Assembly: GCA_036172245.1 (NCBI GenBank) | Contig: JAYWIR010000025.1 | Coordinates: 2,728,001-2,792,000, forward strand | Direction of reading: 5' to 3' | DNA from: Raillietiella orientalis | Taxonomy: Eukaryota | DNA: 64,000 nt | Shown: in pieces, positions 49,796-62,120 of the stretch | Position numbering within the stretch: the first letter of the stretch is position 1 | Layout: every line of letters starts with the position of its first letter | Translations under genes and position numbers: made by a program | Notes under the pieces: model-generated | Told to the model about the DNA's origin: nothing | What the model saw: only the letters and a program-made list of their open reading frames with translations | The model's database searches: none

Positions 49796-50499
49796 GGAAG
49801 TACGTATGCCCAGCCAGCCAAGGACCGCTGAGGCCACTGTGAAAGTGTGGTCGGTGTGAGGAAAGCAGTCAGTTCACGACGAAAGTTCATACTTGGAAGA
49901 TAAGAGACATTTTTTCCTGAACTTGCGGAGAGGCTTCGTGGCTTCTTGAGGATACAGCCTCTGTAAGCATTTCCCCGATTAGCTGAACTGTGCAGCTGGA
50001 TTCTGGTGATCCACCTACACGATAGAGGGCGCTGCGGAGGCGAAGTTTCCCGTCTGTCGTGACTGCCGTTTCCTTGAACCTGTTTGGTAACAGGTTCAAG
50101 GTGAAACCTCGCCACCCTCGAAGGCAGAAGTGCTGAGGGCTCACCGACTCCACGAAAGACAGACGCAGCAAGCGTCTCCCTTCTTTGTTCCCGACGGAAA
50201 AAAAACGCGTTGATTCAAATGGAATGCGATGCTAGTGCCTCTCGCTTCCAGGTACCCTCAGCATGAATGCACGAGCGGGTGCGATGTGGAAGTGGGTGGG
50301 CATAGCAGGTTCTGGACACCTGAGAAGTGAAACTGTCTCCTCTGTTGGTAACCTCGTTCCGCGGAAGAACGATTCTGAATTCGTCCAAGTAACGTGGAGC
50401 GAGGTCGCGCCTTCCACTCTTTGTGTGGATGTTCCTCTATCACCAGCCAGGTTCTAAGGTCAATGACAGCTGATGGACACCGCGTTCTGGAGGAAAACT

Positions 50500-53400
50500 G
50501 ATTTCTGATACTGCACTGCGGTGTTCCATCACGTTCCAAGTTCACACATAGAGGCGTATACAGATTGGGGGGGGGGGGGGAACCAGCTGTAAACATGGAG
50601 GCGTATACAGGTGGGGAGGAGCTCCAGAAACGAGTGTTTTTTTTTTGTTGTTGCGCGACCGCAGGGCCGAGCGGTCATCAGAATCGCGACAGAGGTCTTT
50701 CTGGAGCACCAGTGCCGACCGCTAGCACATCCAAGCGAGGGGGTTGTTGGAAGCTCTTGGAGAGCTTTCATGATCCTCTAGGGGTGCCAGGGGCACTGCT
50801 TGCTTGCGACAGGCATCGCGTGCCAGATGAAGCAGAAAACCGCTCTTTGCTTCTGGAGCGAGGATTTCCTTCTAGCACAGCAGTCGCACTGAGTTGGCAG
50901 CTCATACCAGACAGTTCAAGCAGTTCTCAGTCAGCGCCTCCTCTGTCCTCTTCTATGAGGTCAGGGAAGTGGGCAGGTCTAAGGGTGTTCGAAAAAAAAA
51001 AAAAGAGAGAGAAAAAAAAGGGAAGAGAGAGAACGCTCCTCAACTTCCGTGCCGAGCAGCCGGAAACGCAGTCAGTCTCTCCAAGGCCTTCGCGCAGTCT
51101 TCGCCCGAGGCACTTTCTATTCCATACCTGCAGATGGCACCCACCGTGGCAGTGAGCTGACCACGACGAGTCTGGCAAACTGTCCCGTGCAGACCACTTG
51201 GCTCGTGCAAGGTGCTTTGAACTCTGCAGGCCTCTCTCAGGACGCGCGACGGGAAGGGCCAGGCGAGGGGAGGAGGCCCATGTGGTGCGGGGGATTCCAC
51301 GCTCCGGCGCGATTGCGAAACTGGGGAGACGAAAGAGGGCGGCTGGGATCATCCGTTCCTCTGTATCCGATGAAGGAGTGACTTCATGGTGACGTTGAGC
51401 GTGGCTCCCTCATGGAACTGTGGGGCTGTTCCATTGTCACTCCTGGATTTTAGGGATGGGGAAAGCCAAAGTCTCGTTCCCTTTCTGATGTCGTGGGGAG
51501 TTCAACGGACGTTGAGCACGAGGGATTTTCAGGGATTTTCGTCCCTCTCAAGGGACGTTCCTCTAGATCCCGTGGTCCCATGGACTTCCGAGGGCCTTCG
51601 AAGTAAGTCCGCAGACGATGAGGGATCCGGGAGGAAAGTGACCAAATCGTCGAGGTGCAAGGAAGGGGGACCCGCCCCCCTCTCCACAAACTGCAAGGGC
51701 GTCGGGTGCAGCCCAGGAGGCACCACCAGAGCGTTGTCTCCAGGACGAATGCTCCAACGGCGGTGCCCCTCCCGTCTGGCGCGGCGACGGGTCGCCTGCC
51801 ATCTTGCATCTCGCGTCAGCAGCAGCCGTCAGGAAGAAGGAACCCAGCCGGCTACGACCCCGCGCCCATCTCCGCTGTTTCCGCGCACCGGACGACCTCA
51901 CGGTGAGGCTGGGAAACCACGCGGCGCCTTTGGTGGAAGGAGGGAACCTCCTGGTACGGAAAGTCCGGGAGTGACGCCACCGTCCGCAAAGGAATAGTCC
52001 GTCGGGCGGGAAAGAGGCGGCGGCTCTTCGGCAGGGGCACACCACGGTCTCCCGTGGGATGCGCGCCAGAAGAGAGGGAACGTCCCAGTCGTGAAGGAAA
52101 TTTCGGTTTTTGGGGGTGAGGAGCGTCCTCGTCGAACCTGGGGCGCCTCCCAGGGAAGCTCGTCGCACACCCACGACCGGTCAGCCAGGTCAGCCAGAAG
52201 ACGCTGCGTCCCACCGTGTTGGCGCCGCCTCACCATCGTTCTGCCGCAACCTCCCCCCCCCTCTCTCTATTGCGTTTCCAGGAGCAGGAGACTGCTGATG
52301 CTCCTGGGGGGTGATGCAGGAGGCCGAGCTTCGGATGATTCCCCTTCTTCCTCGCCTGGCGGAGGGACGTAACCGACGGAATTTCGCTCCCCGCAAAGAG
52401 CCCCGCAGGTCGATCCGCAGCTGGAGCTTTCTGGCAGTTCGCTTCAGGTCTGGCGCGCGTGCACCCGGACCGAGTAGTACTCGGTACGGGAGCACTTCGA
52501 CTCCCCTCCTGGGAGTTGCCTCAGTGTCCGGATGTCTCACAGGCAAGGAGGCTTTCTTTCCCCTTTCCGCGTGACATCACTCTGTGACAGTCCTTCCTCT
52601 GCTCTGCTGCACGCCGTGGGAGGACTCTCGGCAGCTGCCCCATCCGAGCGGTGGGCAGGCAGAAATGCCGGGACCAGCATCAGCCGGTGAGGTGGGTCTG
52701 CCCCTTTCCTGCGTCATCCTCCTAGCGTCGGAGGACCGCGGTGGGAAAGGGGGGCGGCAAGCCGATCATGCAGGAACGACAAGCTGGTCTCCAAGGTTGA
52801 GCGAGTGAGTGTCGACGGCACGTGCGGAGTGCGCCGAGTGACGTCCGCCGGCTTTTCATTATTCCCGTCTTCCCCTCAGCCGGGCGCAGCCAGGTATTGC
52901 GGTGTTCGTGCAAGTAATCGGAGCCCGGGGAAGGCGTTCAGGGCCACGGGGGAAGCAAAGGAGGGGAGCAGCATGCGGAACCTGCAGGATTAGCCGAACG
53001 AACGTTTACATTTCCATAGAAATGCAACATGTCTCTCGTAATTGCTTTCTTATTGATGAGCAGAGGAGAGATCCATCTGGAGAAGGTCAGACCTCCGATG
53101 CGCTTCGCTCCGAGTCCTTTAGGCGTGCTCTCGACCTCGGGCATCCCCGTCCACACGGATTTTTCCCGCGCTCCTGCTAGAGGAGAAGTCGGAGGTGAGG
53201 AATCTGCGTCGAGAGGACCATCCCATCCTCCGCGTGCATCCGCTCCGGGCTCCAAGTTCAGCCGACCAGTTCGAACACTTGGCTGGGCAGCTGGACGAGC
53301 GTTGGTTCAGAGCACCCACCTATAGATGGTCGAGCGTGCCATCGGATGGCCGTGACGTCTTTTCCGAACGGTCCGCGCGCCTGTGCCGCTGCACTGAAAG

Positions 53401-54900
53401 GCAGCGCTCCCGACCGGAGTCCCTTTCCAATATTGCTGGTCCCGAAGCCGACGGAGGGCTGCGACGACGAGAAGCCTCGCAGCCGCTTGTCCGCGGCCGT
53501 GTGGCTCCATGTGCGTGGCACTACCAAGAGTGGCGGGTTCGAATACCGCCTGGGGGGGGGCATCGACACCGAAAAATGGGAGGGTGCGTCGTAGGTTTCG
53601 AGTGCCCTTCCCCGGCACGTTGACGCTGGCTTGGGGCGAGGCAGTGATAAAACTCGGATGCCCTTGTTGACTGGCCACCGGGATTGGAAGTCGAAGCCCG
53701 AGTCCTCCCAGGGATCAAGGAGCCCTCCGGATTTCTGGAGTTGTGCAAATGGAACCGCCTCCCTCCTCTACACGGAGGGGTATCTTCCACCGTGTAACGT
53801 GAAGCTGGTGGGTTGATGCCTCTCCAGCGCTGCTCCCCTCGGAGAGCGGCCTTCAGGGAAAATCAGGAAGCGTCCCTTCAGGATTCTCTTCAGAGGAGGA
53901 GGAAACCAGGAACGGTCGGTTTCCGTGCTGGTTCCTTCCGGAGGAGAAATTTCTAATGAGCGGATCCTTTCCGGATTCTCTTCGACGAAGAAAATGAGGA
54001 GCGAACCCTAGGAGGGCTCTCCTTTGGTGCTTGGAGGATCCTCAAAAGAAAGTGGAAAGGAAGCAGAGAAACGGAAGAGCCCCAAAGTCTTTCTGCCGAG
54101 GTGGCCGCTCTCGAGGAATCCTCGAGAGGCGAAAGAGACCTTTCCTCTTGTTGAGCTCCCGTCGCGGGCTGCTCCGAGGCCACATAACATGGTCAGCGGT
54201 GTTTCCCATTTTGTCCCATCGTTTCTTGTGGTCTCAGTTCCACTTCCCTCTAATGAACGCCGAAGAAACGATTTGAACCACGGGAGACCATCGGACCCTG
54301 TTTCTGAGAAAACTGCGTTGGTCAAAAGAGGCTTCTTGGACCTCGATCACACCTGAACTGCAACCTCATCCCACTGTAGGCCTTCTCCTGCGCACTCAGT
54401 GGAGCTCCACACTGATTCACATCGTTTGGACTGGTCGCTCGGCAAAGCTGCTCCGCCGACGCACCCTCTGCTGCTGCTGCTGAGGCGTCTGATGGGCAGC
54501 AGGTGCGGTCTCGTCTTACAGCCTCCACCTTGGATGGTGATGAGGACGACGCTTTTTCCGGGGTCTTGGGATTAACCTACCTTAGGATTGTAACTTCTTT
54601 CCACTGAAGACTTCCTTCGGAGCAGAGAGAGGACTTCTGGAGCAGGGTCCGCGCGTGAGTTGTTTTCGCATTTCTACCGACTCTTCTGGAGCAGAGTTGA
54701 TGACTTCTCTTGATGCCGTCGCAGTTCTCTGCTTAGCGCTCCACTGCCTTGTCAGCCAGCTTCTCCCTCCCCGATCTGCTTCATTAACAAGTGATAGACA
54801 GGAGACATGCATACAGCAAGGAGAGCAATTCCCAAGCGTTAAGCAGTTCCCAATTCTCCATCTATGCATTTTGTGGCGTTGCATACGAATTCACAGAAAG
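50500..54900 (-). mobile_element. Decayed Ty3/Gypsy element (copy C)
   Basis: RT remnants KLQLRIDLRG (about 52400-52430), PPGL and LHLDDLVTF (51634-51660, YxDD-like); integrase-like LQELPT..RKTSVAILMTARP (about 50660-50765); shared linker block at 53580-54090. Confidence 0.7.
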
Positions 54901-55699
54901 CCCGAGAGATGGCCTCAAGTGTAGCGCTCTGCGTAGCTCTGCTAACGAAGAACGCTTTTGCGTCCACCGGGTGTGTCACGTCAGCAGAAGAGATGTTCTT
55001 CGTTAGCGATCTGGCATCTCTAGCTGTCATCAGGGGCTTTTTCGTGCAACTTCTGCACGAAAGAAGCATTTGGACTTGCATACCTTCTTTCGCATCTGGA
55101 AAGCGTCGTCAGCCAACAAAAGGCTACTTCACCTCTGCACCTCTTCATCCCTCCAGGTGCTCTCCTCACTTCCCCTTGTGTCCGATGAGCGGAACGTCCC
55201 TTAAGGCTGTAGAGGAAAGGGCAGCCCCCCCCTCTACCCTCTTCTCTTCTTAATTGGGAGCTTTGAATTCTCGTTCGCTTTCGAAGGCGAGAAAAACCCA
55301 AGCAGACTCCTGCTGCCTCTTCACCTCCCCGCGTTCCCTTTCCCCCTGGTTCCACCCCTTTTTTGGGCTTCTCGTGGAGTCGTGGAGTCCTTTGAGCGGG
55401 TTCTTCGAACCTACGGCCCTCTTTGTCCGTCCCTGCACGTCCGGCGGGCCTTGTTTTTCTGGTTCTGCGCGGCAGCCGAGCCATTCGAGCTGCTCTCCAC
55501 GCCCTGTCTTCCCTCTCGAAGCTTGGACCCCGAGCTGCGAGGAGAAAAAGACCGCACGAGACCCTCGTTCCCACCCCCATCCCCTTCTCCGAGTGCGCGA
55601 GGTTTGCTCCTTGATGGTCGCGGCGTGCTTCAGGAGGAGCCAGTAGGGAGAAAGGGCAGGGACGAAAACTCTTCTCATTTGGAAGCAGCACCGCTCATG

Positions 55700-58600
55700 G
55701 TAAAAGGATGAGGCGCATCTCTTGTATTCACGCTCATCCCGGCACCTGAATCACCCAGTAAGGATCCACCCAGAAAGGACTACGAAAATTCTGTTTTTCC
55801 AAGCGTCTTCCCAGCCGACCAGTCTGCTATTCCCGGGAGTGCATTTCCCGGACTGATGCCAGCTGTGGAGGCAGCACACCGTGACATCTAGCAGAAGCAA
55901 CGTGGCTCGTGCTCGAGGTGCTGCCACTCCTGAAGGAATCCGCGCGGGATAGGTACCGATACAAGGATCGGGAAGCCATCGGAAGGAGGAGGGATGTCGG
56001 AACTCTGCTAAGGGTCTGCCAACTTCGACTGCTGGAGACACAGGCGGGAGGGGAATGGGGGAAGAGAATAGTCCGCAGCCACTTCCCTCGAGCGCCTTCA
56101 GATGGCACCAGCGTTCCCCGGAGCGTCGACAGCGTGGCCATCGCTGGCTGGAGGAGGCGGGCAGTGTCCCGCTTTTCTTCTTGACCAACTTTGTCAAAGG
56201 AGCGGGAGGGATGAGCGAGGTGATCCAGGGAGAAACTTGACGGGGGAGTAGACGTATCCACGGAAACGCTGCGAGGAAGAGCATCGGATTTTTTCCCGGA
56301 TGAGGGTTCCTGTCTTCGCCCCAGGGGGCCAGGACTAGAGGCGGCTCCCCCAGCAAAAACGCTCACCGAATCAGCACCGCCAGTTTCCCTGGAGACGGCG
56401 GGCGGAGAGACGAGGGAATTGACGACGCGAAGAGGCAACCTGCTGCAAGAGCCGGGAACAGCACCCTCGCTGAGCTCGGGCCGGTCACTTCCGACTCTCG
56501 TTCCGAAAAACTTCGAGGCCGAAGTTTTTCGGAACTGAGCGCCGTCTCCAGCGTGCAAAGGGACCGGGGTCTTGCTTGCCGACGCTCCTCTGCCAACCGG
56601 AGACCCCAGGGTGGGAGGGCCCCTCTGGTGACCTTTTCAGGGGTCGATTCCGCGAAAGCGCGAATGCGCAGCTGGAAGCCATGAAGGGTCGAGCGCTGCC
56701 CTTAAGGATTCCCGGCGGAGTCCTCGCCTACGGTCGTCCCAGTTGCCCCTCGTCTCTCCTCGGAACATCCAGGTGAATTCCGCGGGTGGCATCCGTCGGG
56801 AGCTCCTGCGCCCTCGCGGCGGCCTCACAAAGGGGCAGTGAGCTGGAAGCGTCCCCTCCGTGGCCCTTCGCAGGAAGGCAGTGGTCCCTCCCTTGCCCTC
56901 TTGTCACCCGTGAAGCGAGGCATCGGCGCCCGAGGGCCGCGGCGTCTCCTGGGCCAGCCTCGTTACGCGTCAACGCTGCTCTCCCGCTGCGCCCTTCGCT
57001 GCTGCTGAGGATGCTGCCTGCTGCCCCCCTCTGGTGGGCAGCGTGAGCTGTCTCCTTCCGCGGCCTTTCTCGAAGGACTGTGTTGGAAACGATCGGTGCT
57101 TCCTTCGGGAATCGACCGAAATCAAGATACCCGGAGGCTGTTGCCGTGGACCCTCTTCCTCTCCAGGCCTCCTCCCAGGACGCGAAGGGGGTTAGACCCT
57201 TTGTGGGGAGGACCCTGCCCTCCCCTGCCCTGTCCTCTTGTCCTCAGCGCAGCATCCCCCCCCGACCCGGCTCAACGTCTCCTCTCCCAAGCGCCTGGAA
57301 GCGGAGGTCGTCCGGGGGACGAGACGGACCACCCGGTCGAATGCGTCCCGGGAGCAGACCCCAAGGAAGCGGAGTGCCAGCCCTCTCGGGTATTCCGGTG
57401 GCTCCCGGGAAGGAGGGTCAGGCGGAGAGAAGGGGCCGTGGACGAGGAGGAGAGGACGAGTCCGTCCTTGGCGACCAGGGAGACGACCGTTCGCACCTGC
57501 CCCTGGGAGCCGACAGCATCCCTCCGGAGGACGTTGATCCCGAGACGAGAGGGCTGGGGGGCACCAGCCCGCCCGGTCTCCCTTCTTCCTTCGCTGTTTC
57601 CCCTCGGCCACCTGCGAGTGCAACTCCGGTCAACCGGGAGGGTCGCCCGGGGGCGTGCGGTTCTCCGGGCCGAAAGCCGAGGCCAGCGCTCCGCGGTGCA
57701 CGCACCTTCCACCCGTCCTCCTCCTCGACCTCCTTAGGTCTACCCTGGTTGCGGGTTGTCCCCTTCCTTGCCTCCTCCCCCCCGAGGCAGCCAGCAACTC
57801 TTCTCCTCCGTTCGCCCGGTGGAGATGGTTGCCCCCTAGCCTCTCCCCTGCCGCTGCTGCACCGCGGTGCCAGAAAGTCCCCCTGCATCCTCCCCGTATT
57901 CCCCTACCTATCCCATCGCGTCCGGTCCACACGAGCGCCTTCTGGCTATCGACAGCGGGCCACCGCTGCCACTCGCACTCGCCTCTTCGTCTTCGGCGGC
58001 GTGTCCTCCCGGCAAGAGACCCCTGAGGCACTCTCCGAGAGCGGGACGAGCAGGTCGCCCGGTTACCCGCTAGCGGACGTTCTCGCCTGACTACCTCCTT
58101 CCAGAGGAGGCGTCCGCGGCGCAAGGAGAGGACCTGCCCGGAGGATCCTGCGTGAAGGCGCCAGTCATGGACGCCCCAGTGGCGATCTCCCGCCCCAGTA
58201 GAGCTCGGTCTTCTCCTGCCACTTGGAGAGGGTGCGAAGAAGGGGAGCGATTGTGACCTCCGAGGAAGAGGGAAGCCTGTCGGAAGCTGTCGCACCCACC
58301 TCACGCACCTCCCTCCCTCCCTCCCTTCCCGACTTTCTTATCTTGCTGCTTGGCTTCCGCTCTCCCTGTTGGCGCTGCAGCGAAACCCTCAGCACCAGCA
58401 AGCTCGGGGAGCGAACGAGGTGCGCCTCATTGGCCAGACGGGCAAGAGGGCGCCGCTGCTCCCCACCGCGTGACGTCACCGCCCCGCGACATGTGGGCGA
58501 CGGAAGATGGCGGCGGTAGCAGGGGTCGCAGAGTGTACAGGAGGTGAAGGTCGGATGCCCTTCCGTTACCGGGATCCTTTCCTCCCCACTTTGCCTTGGG

Positions 58601-61400
58601 GTTCCTCCAGATGCCCTGCGGGGAGACCCCGGGCTGCTTCCTCCGCGACGAATGGGAGGGAAGACTACTGGGTGGGTGGAGTCGGGGCTTGCGTCTTTGA
58701 CGGCAAGGCTACGGAAGAAGAGGATGCGACGCCGGGGGCTAGCCCTTTCCCTCCACCACCGCCTGGGGCTCCCATCTCGGATGGGGCGCAGCTCCCCATC
58801 ATCCAGAAACCCCTGGGACGGTCGAGGGATGCGAATGGGCCTAGCGACCTCCGAGCGACCCACATGACCTCGGGGGCACGCATCAGAACCTCCCGGCCCA
58901 CAGCAAAAGGAGGATGATGGGAGCTTCCTTGCCCCCCTTCCGTGCCCCCCTGGTGAAGAAGTGAGTAGGACCGTTCTCTTAGGTGCTCTGGGAGGGGGAC
59001 GCAAAGTGGCCCCCGCGACAAGGCGCCGGTAGGAGGCAGGTCGCAGCGGAAACGCCTCTGAGCGACGAAGGGTCATTCCATGTCGATGGCCGCGCTGGAG
59101 CCAGCAGACCTCGTCTCCCTTCCCTCCCAACGGTGCTTGAAGGCGACGTCCTCTGGGCGCCTGTTGTGTGGAGGGTGGGGCAGGGATGGAGTGGAGGCAG
59201 GAGAAGAATCGCCGATGCAGTCACTCTCCGGGTGCGGGTCTCTGTGGCGACGAACGGAGTGTTTTGGGCGTGCGACTCCCGAGAGAGAGGCTCTCCCCGG
59301 AAGTTCGGTTCTCTGCTTAGAGTGCACTTCCGTAGGGTCTGCTCCTGAAACTTCCTCCCGCGTTGCTACGGGGATACGAAGGTCTTGCCGTTTCCCCGTC
59401 GCCGGAGGCAGAGAGGTGCCCCTGGCGACGACCGGAGGCGCTCGCAAGGTCACAAGCTGCCCTTCTCCAGGGAGCAGGTGGTGGCCCGAGGCCCGAGAGA
59501 GCCCACTGCGCGCTTCTTCCCGGCCCCCTTCAGCGGTCGAGGGCGCAAGCCCGAAGGATGCCAGCGTGAGGGCAGATCACGCGGAGCAGAGATGCACGGT
59601 CGCCCGCTCACCTTCTTCGTGGGGTCGGGACTGCAGCCGCCAGGGGCTCTCCGCCGTTCCGCGGAGTCGAGTCGGTCCGGTGAGGTCATTCTCGGCGCAT
59701 ACTCCCGAGGGTGACCCTGCGGCGGAGCTAATGCCGTACTGCCTGCGGGTGAAAGGGAAAGGTCTCTCTCCCTTTCCTGTCCATCGGCGTCTCCTTTTGA
59801 GGGACGCCGATGAGCGCGTCTCTCGACCTGGACTGGTGACCGAAGGGCTCTGGGCAAGCACGGACGTAGGGCAAGGCAACCCTCCTGACCTCAGGCACGT
59901 GCCGGGACCCTCCAGACCGTGGTCCAGGGAGTAGTGTGGAGCTTTCGGGGAGGACGGTCTCGAGGCCCTCTGTCCTCCCGATTCTTCTTAGGGTCAGCTC
60001 CGTCGGTGCGCTCGCGCGCCCTCCGGCTGCCCCAGAGTAGCGGTGAGGAGCTCGACCCTTCCCCCTAAGGGCGGATAGTCGGTGCTTCGAGAGCCCCTCA
60101 CTGCCTCATTTCCGCGCGCACGCCGGCAGGCCATCGTCCACTGCCACGGAGAGGCGGTAGTGACCACCTTGGCGTCTGCTTCCGGGTTGGCCGGTTTCCA
60201 GGGAGTTTGCGCGCGTTCCAAAAGGTTTGGGTCTCCATCGATGTCCGGGCTGGGAGAAGAACTTCTGGAGGGAACCAGGGGATGCCCCCTAGTGGGTTCC
60301 CAAGAGGGCGCACCTTCTCTGTGGGCCGGTTGGGGGGTTGTCCCTCCTGCTGTCGGGTAATGGCGACGGGAGGGGAGGAGGGAAGAGACTTTTCAGGAAT
60401 TCTTCGCTCCGGGGCGATCTTCCATACGGTTCCCCTCTCGGCAGCTGTGGGAGTTGCTGGCTATGGGGCGACCATCTTCAGCCCTAGAGTGGAAGGCGTC
60501 GGTATCCCTAGGGCTCTGGGGCCGTGGTGTCTCCCGAGCCGGACTCTTCGTGCGGCAACACTGCTCCCCCGCTGCGTCCTTCGCTGCCTCTGAGGAACAC
60601 CGCCCTCTGGTGGACAGCGGAGACGGCGACTCCAGGTGAGCTCGCGTGCCCCAACCCTCCCGCCCGCACCGTCGCGACGCATCTCGACATGACCAACCTG
60701 CCGTCCTCCGGTGGATGAGAGCCGGTGGGCAGGAAGGGCTCTGTCCCGGCGGTCGGCCCAGCTCGGGAGCCGCCCGTCTTCAGGGACGGCTGCTTCCGCA
60801 GTTGATTCCCTGTCGAAGGCCCCTTCAAGGGTTCCAGCGTCCGCGGCCACCATGGCAGCCGGCACTCGGGCGGAGCAACGGGATCCGGAGAGCGTCGCAT
60901 CCGTCCTCCAGGTTGTTTCGTCCCTGAGGCCTTTCCCCTCCCTCTGGCTAGGGTGAGCGTCAGCCGCTCTGAGGGGGGAACTCGCACGAGACAGCCAGGC
61001 CGTCTGATTCGCCTTCCACCCTGCTCCCAGCTCTCGAGACCACTGCGGGTCTCCACCAGGGTCTTCTCTGACCTCGTCCTCTCGTCTTCGCTCCCCCGAA
61101 ATTACCGTTCCTGCTTTGGCCGATCGGCTGCTGCTCGTTTCTACCTTCCAGGAGGGAAGGCTACTGAGGCTCGCCAAGGCAGTCAAAGCGCACGCGCGAG
61201 CCATCACCGAAAAATTCAACCCCTTCGCCTTCCCCACCTTATTTTCACCGACCTCCCTTCCTCCCATGTGTTTTCTCATTTGTACCGACCCTTACGTCAC
61301 CGCAATGGGAGCATCGTGTACTTGTGAACTCCCCTCTGTGACTCCCTCTCGAAGGCATCACCGTAAACGGCGCGGACTCCGCCAGGAGCCGTGTGAGCGC
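55700..61400 (-). mobile_element. Further GC-rich decayed Gypsy-like element (copy D)
   Basis: Integrase-like HAGDGAQF..KFFG (about 56510-56555) and EPPLVLAP..HPGKNPMLFL (about 56275-56350); possible protease FLDDGE (about 58795-58810). Boundaries uncertain. Confidence 0.5.
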
Positions 61401-61479
61401 GCTCCAGTGAATGAGGACAATTCAAAATGGCGCCCATCGAGATTCCTAACGTCGAAACCACGAAAGACTCAAAAGAAAT

Positions 61480-62120
61480 GTGTATTATATACGCTAACGT
61501 ATAGATTCATATACAAATTTGTACATATGGAAATTGTGTTTATTGATGTACATAGTGTTAATAGTAATATTTTTTTAACACATGCATGCATTTATATTTG
61601 TTAACGTACTGTATATTATAAAGATTATAAAAAATGTGTGTTTATTACGTGTATTAATAAATAGATTAGTATACAAATTTGTTTTAGCATATATGTTCAT
61701 TAGTATTTATGGACATACGTAGTGTTAATAGTAATATTGTTTTAACATGTATGTATTAATATTTATGAACATACATAGCATTAATATAATTAGTGTGTTC
61801 GCTGTGTATATCGATATATATTTGTGTATAGATTAACTTATAAAGATTATAAAAAATAAATGCATATGTTTACTATATATATTAATATATGTATACTTAG
61901 ATTATATATAGATTAATGTATTAATTTTTCAACATAGTTATTAGCATTTAATACGTATTTATCAGTATTCTAACATACATATATGTTAATATACTATATA
62001 TTTGAAAGATATATATGTTTATTATGTATATATTAACATATACATACTTATATAGATTTGTTTCAACGTACATATTTATTTTTATTTTAGCATAAGTATT
62101 TATTAGTGTTTATATGTGTA
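61480..62120. repeat. AT-rich diverged tandem duplication or satellite-like island
   Basis: Recurring ATACAAATTTGT (61511, 61671), AGTGTTAATAGTAATATT (61555, 61721) and TATAAAGATTATAAAAAAT (about 61618, 61839). Confidence 0.85.

Noticed and set aside
49642..50115. env-like remnant (WAYVLP) downstream of the copy C integrase
   Set aside because: A single short motif that overlaps the hairpin; insufficient evidence.
53500..53562. GGCGGGTTCGAATACCGCC as a tRNA T-arm or B-box
   Set aside because: No convincing D-arm, A-box or anticodon arm; it lies inside a Gypsy relic.
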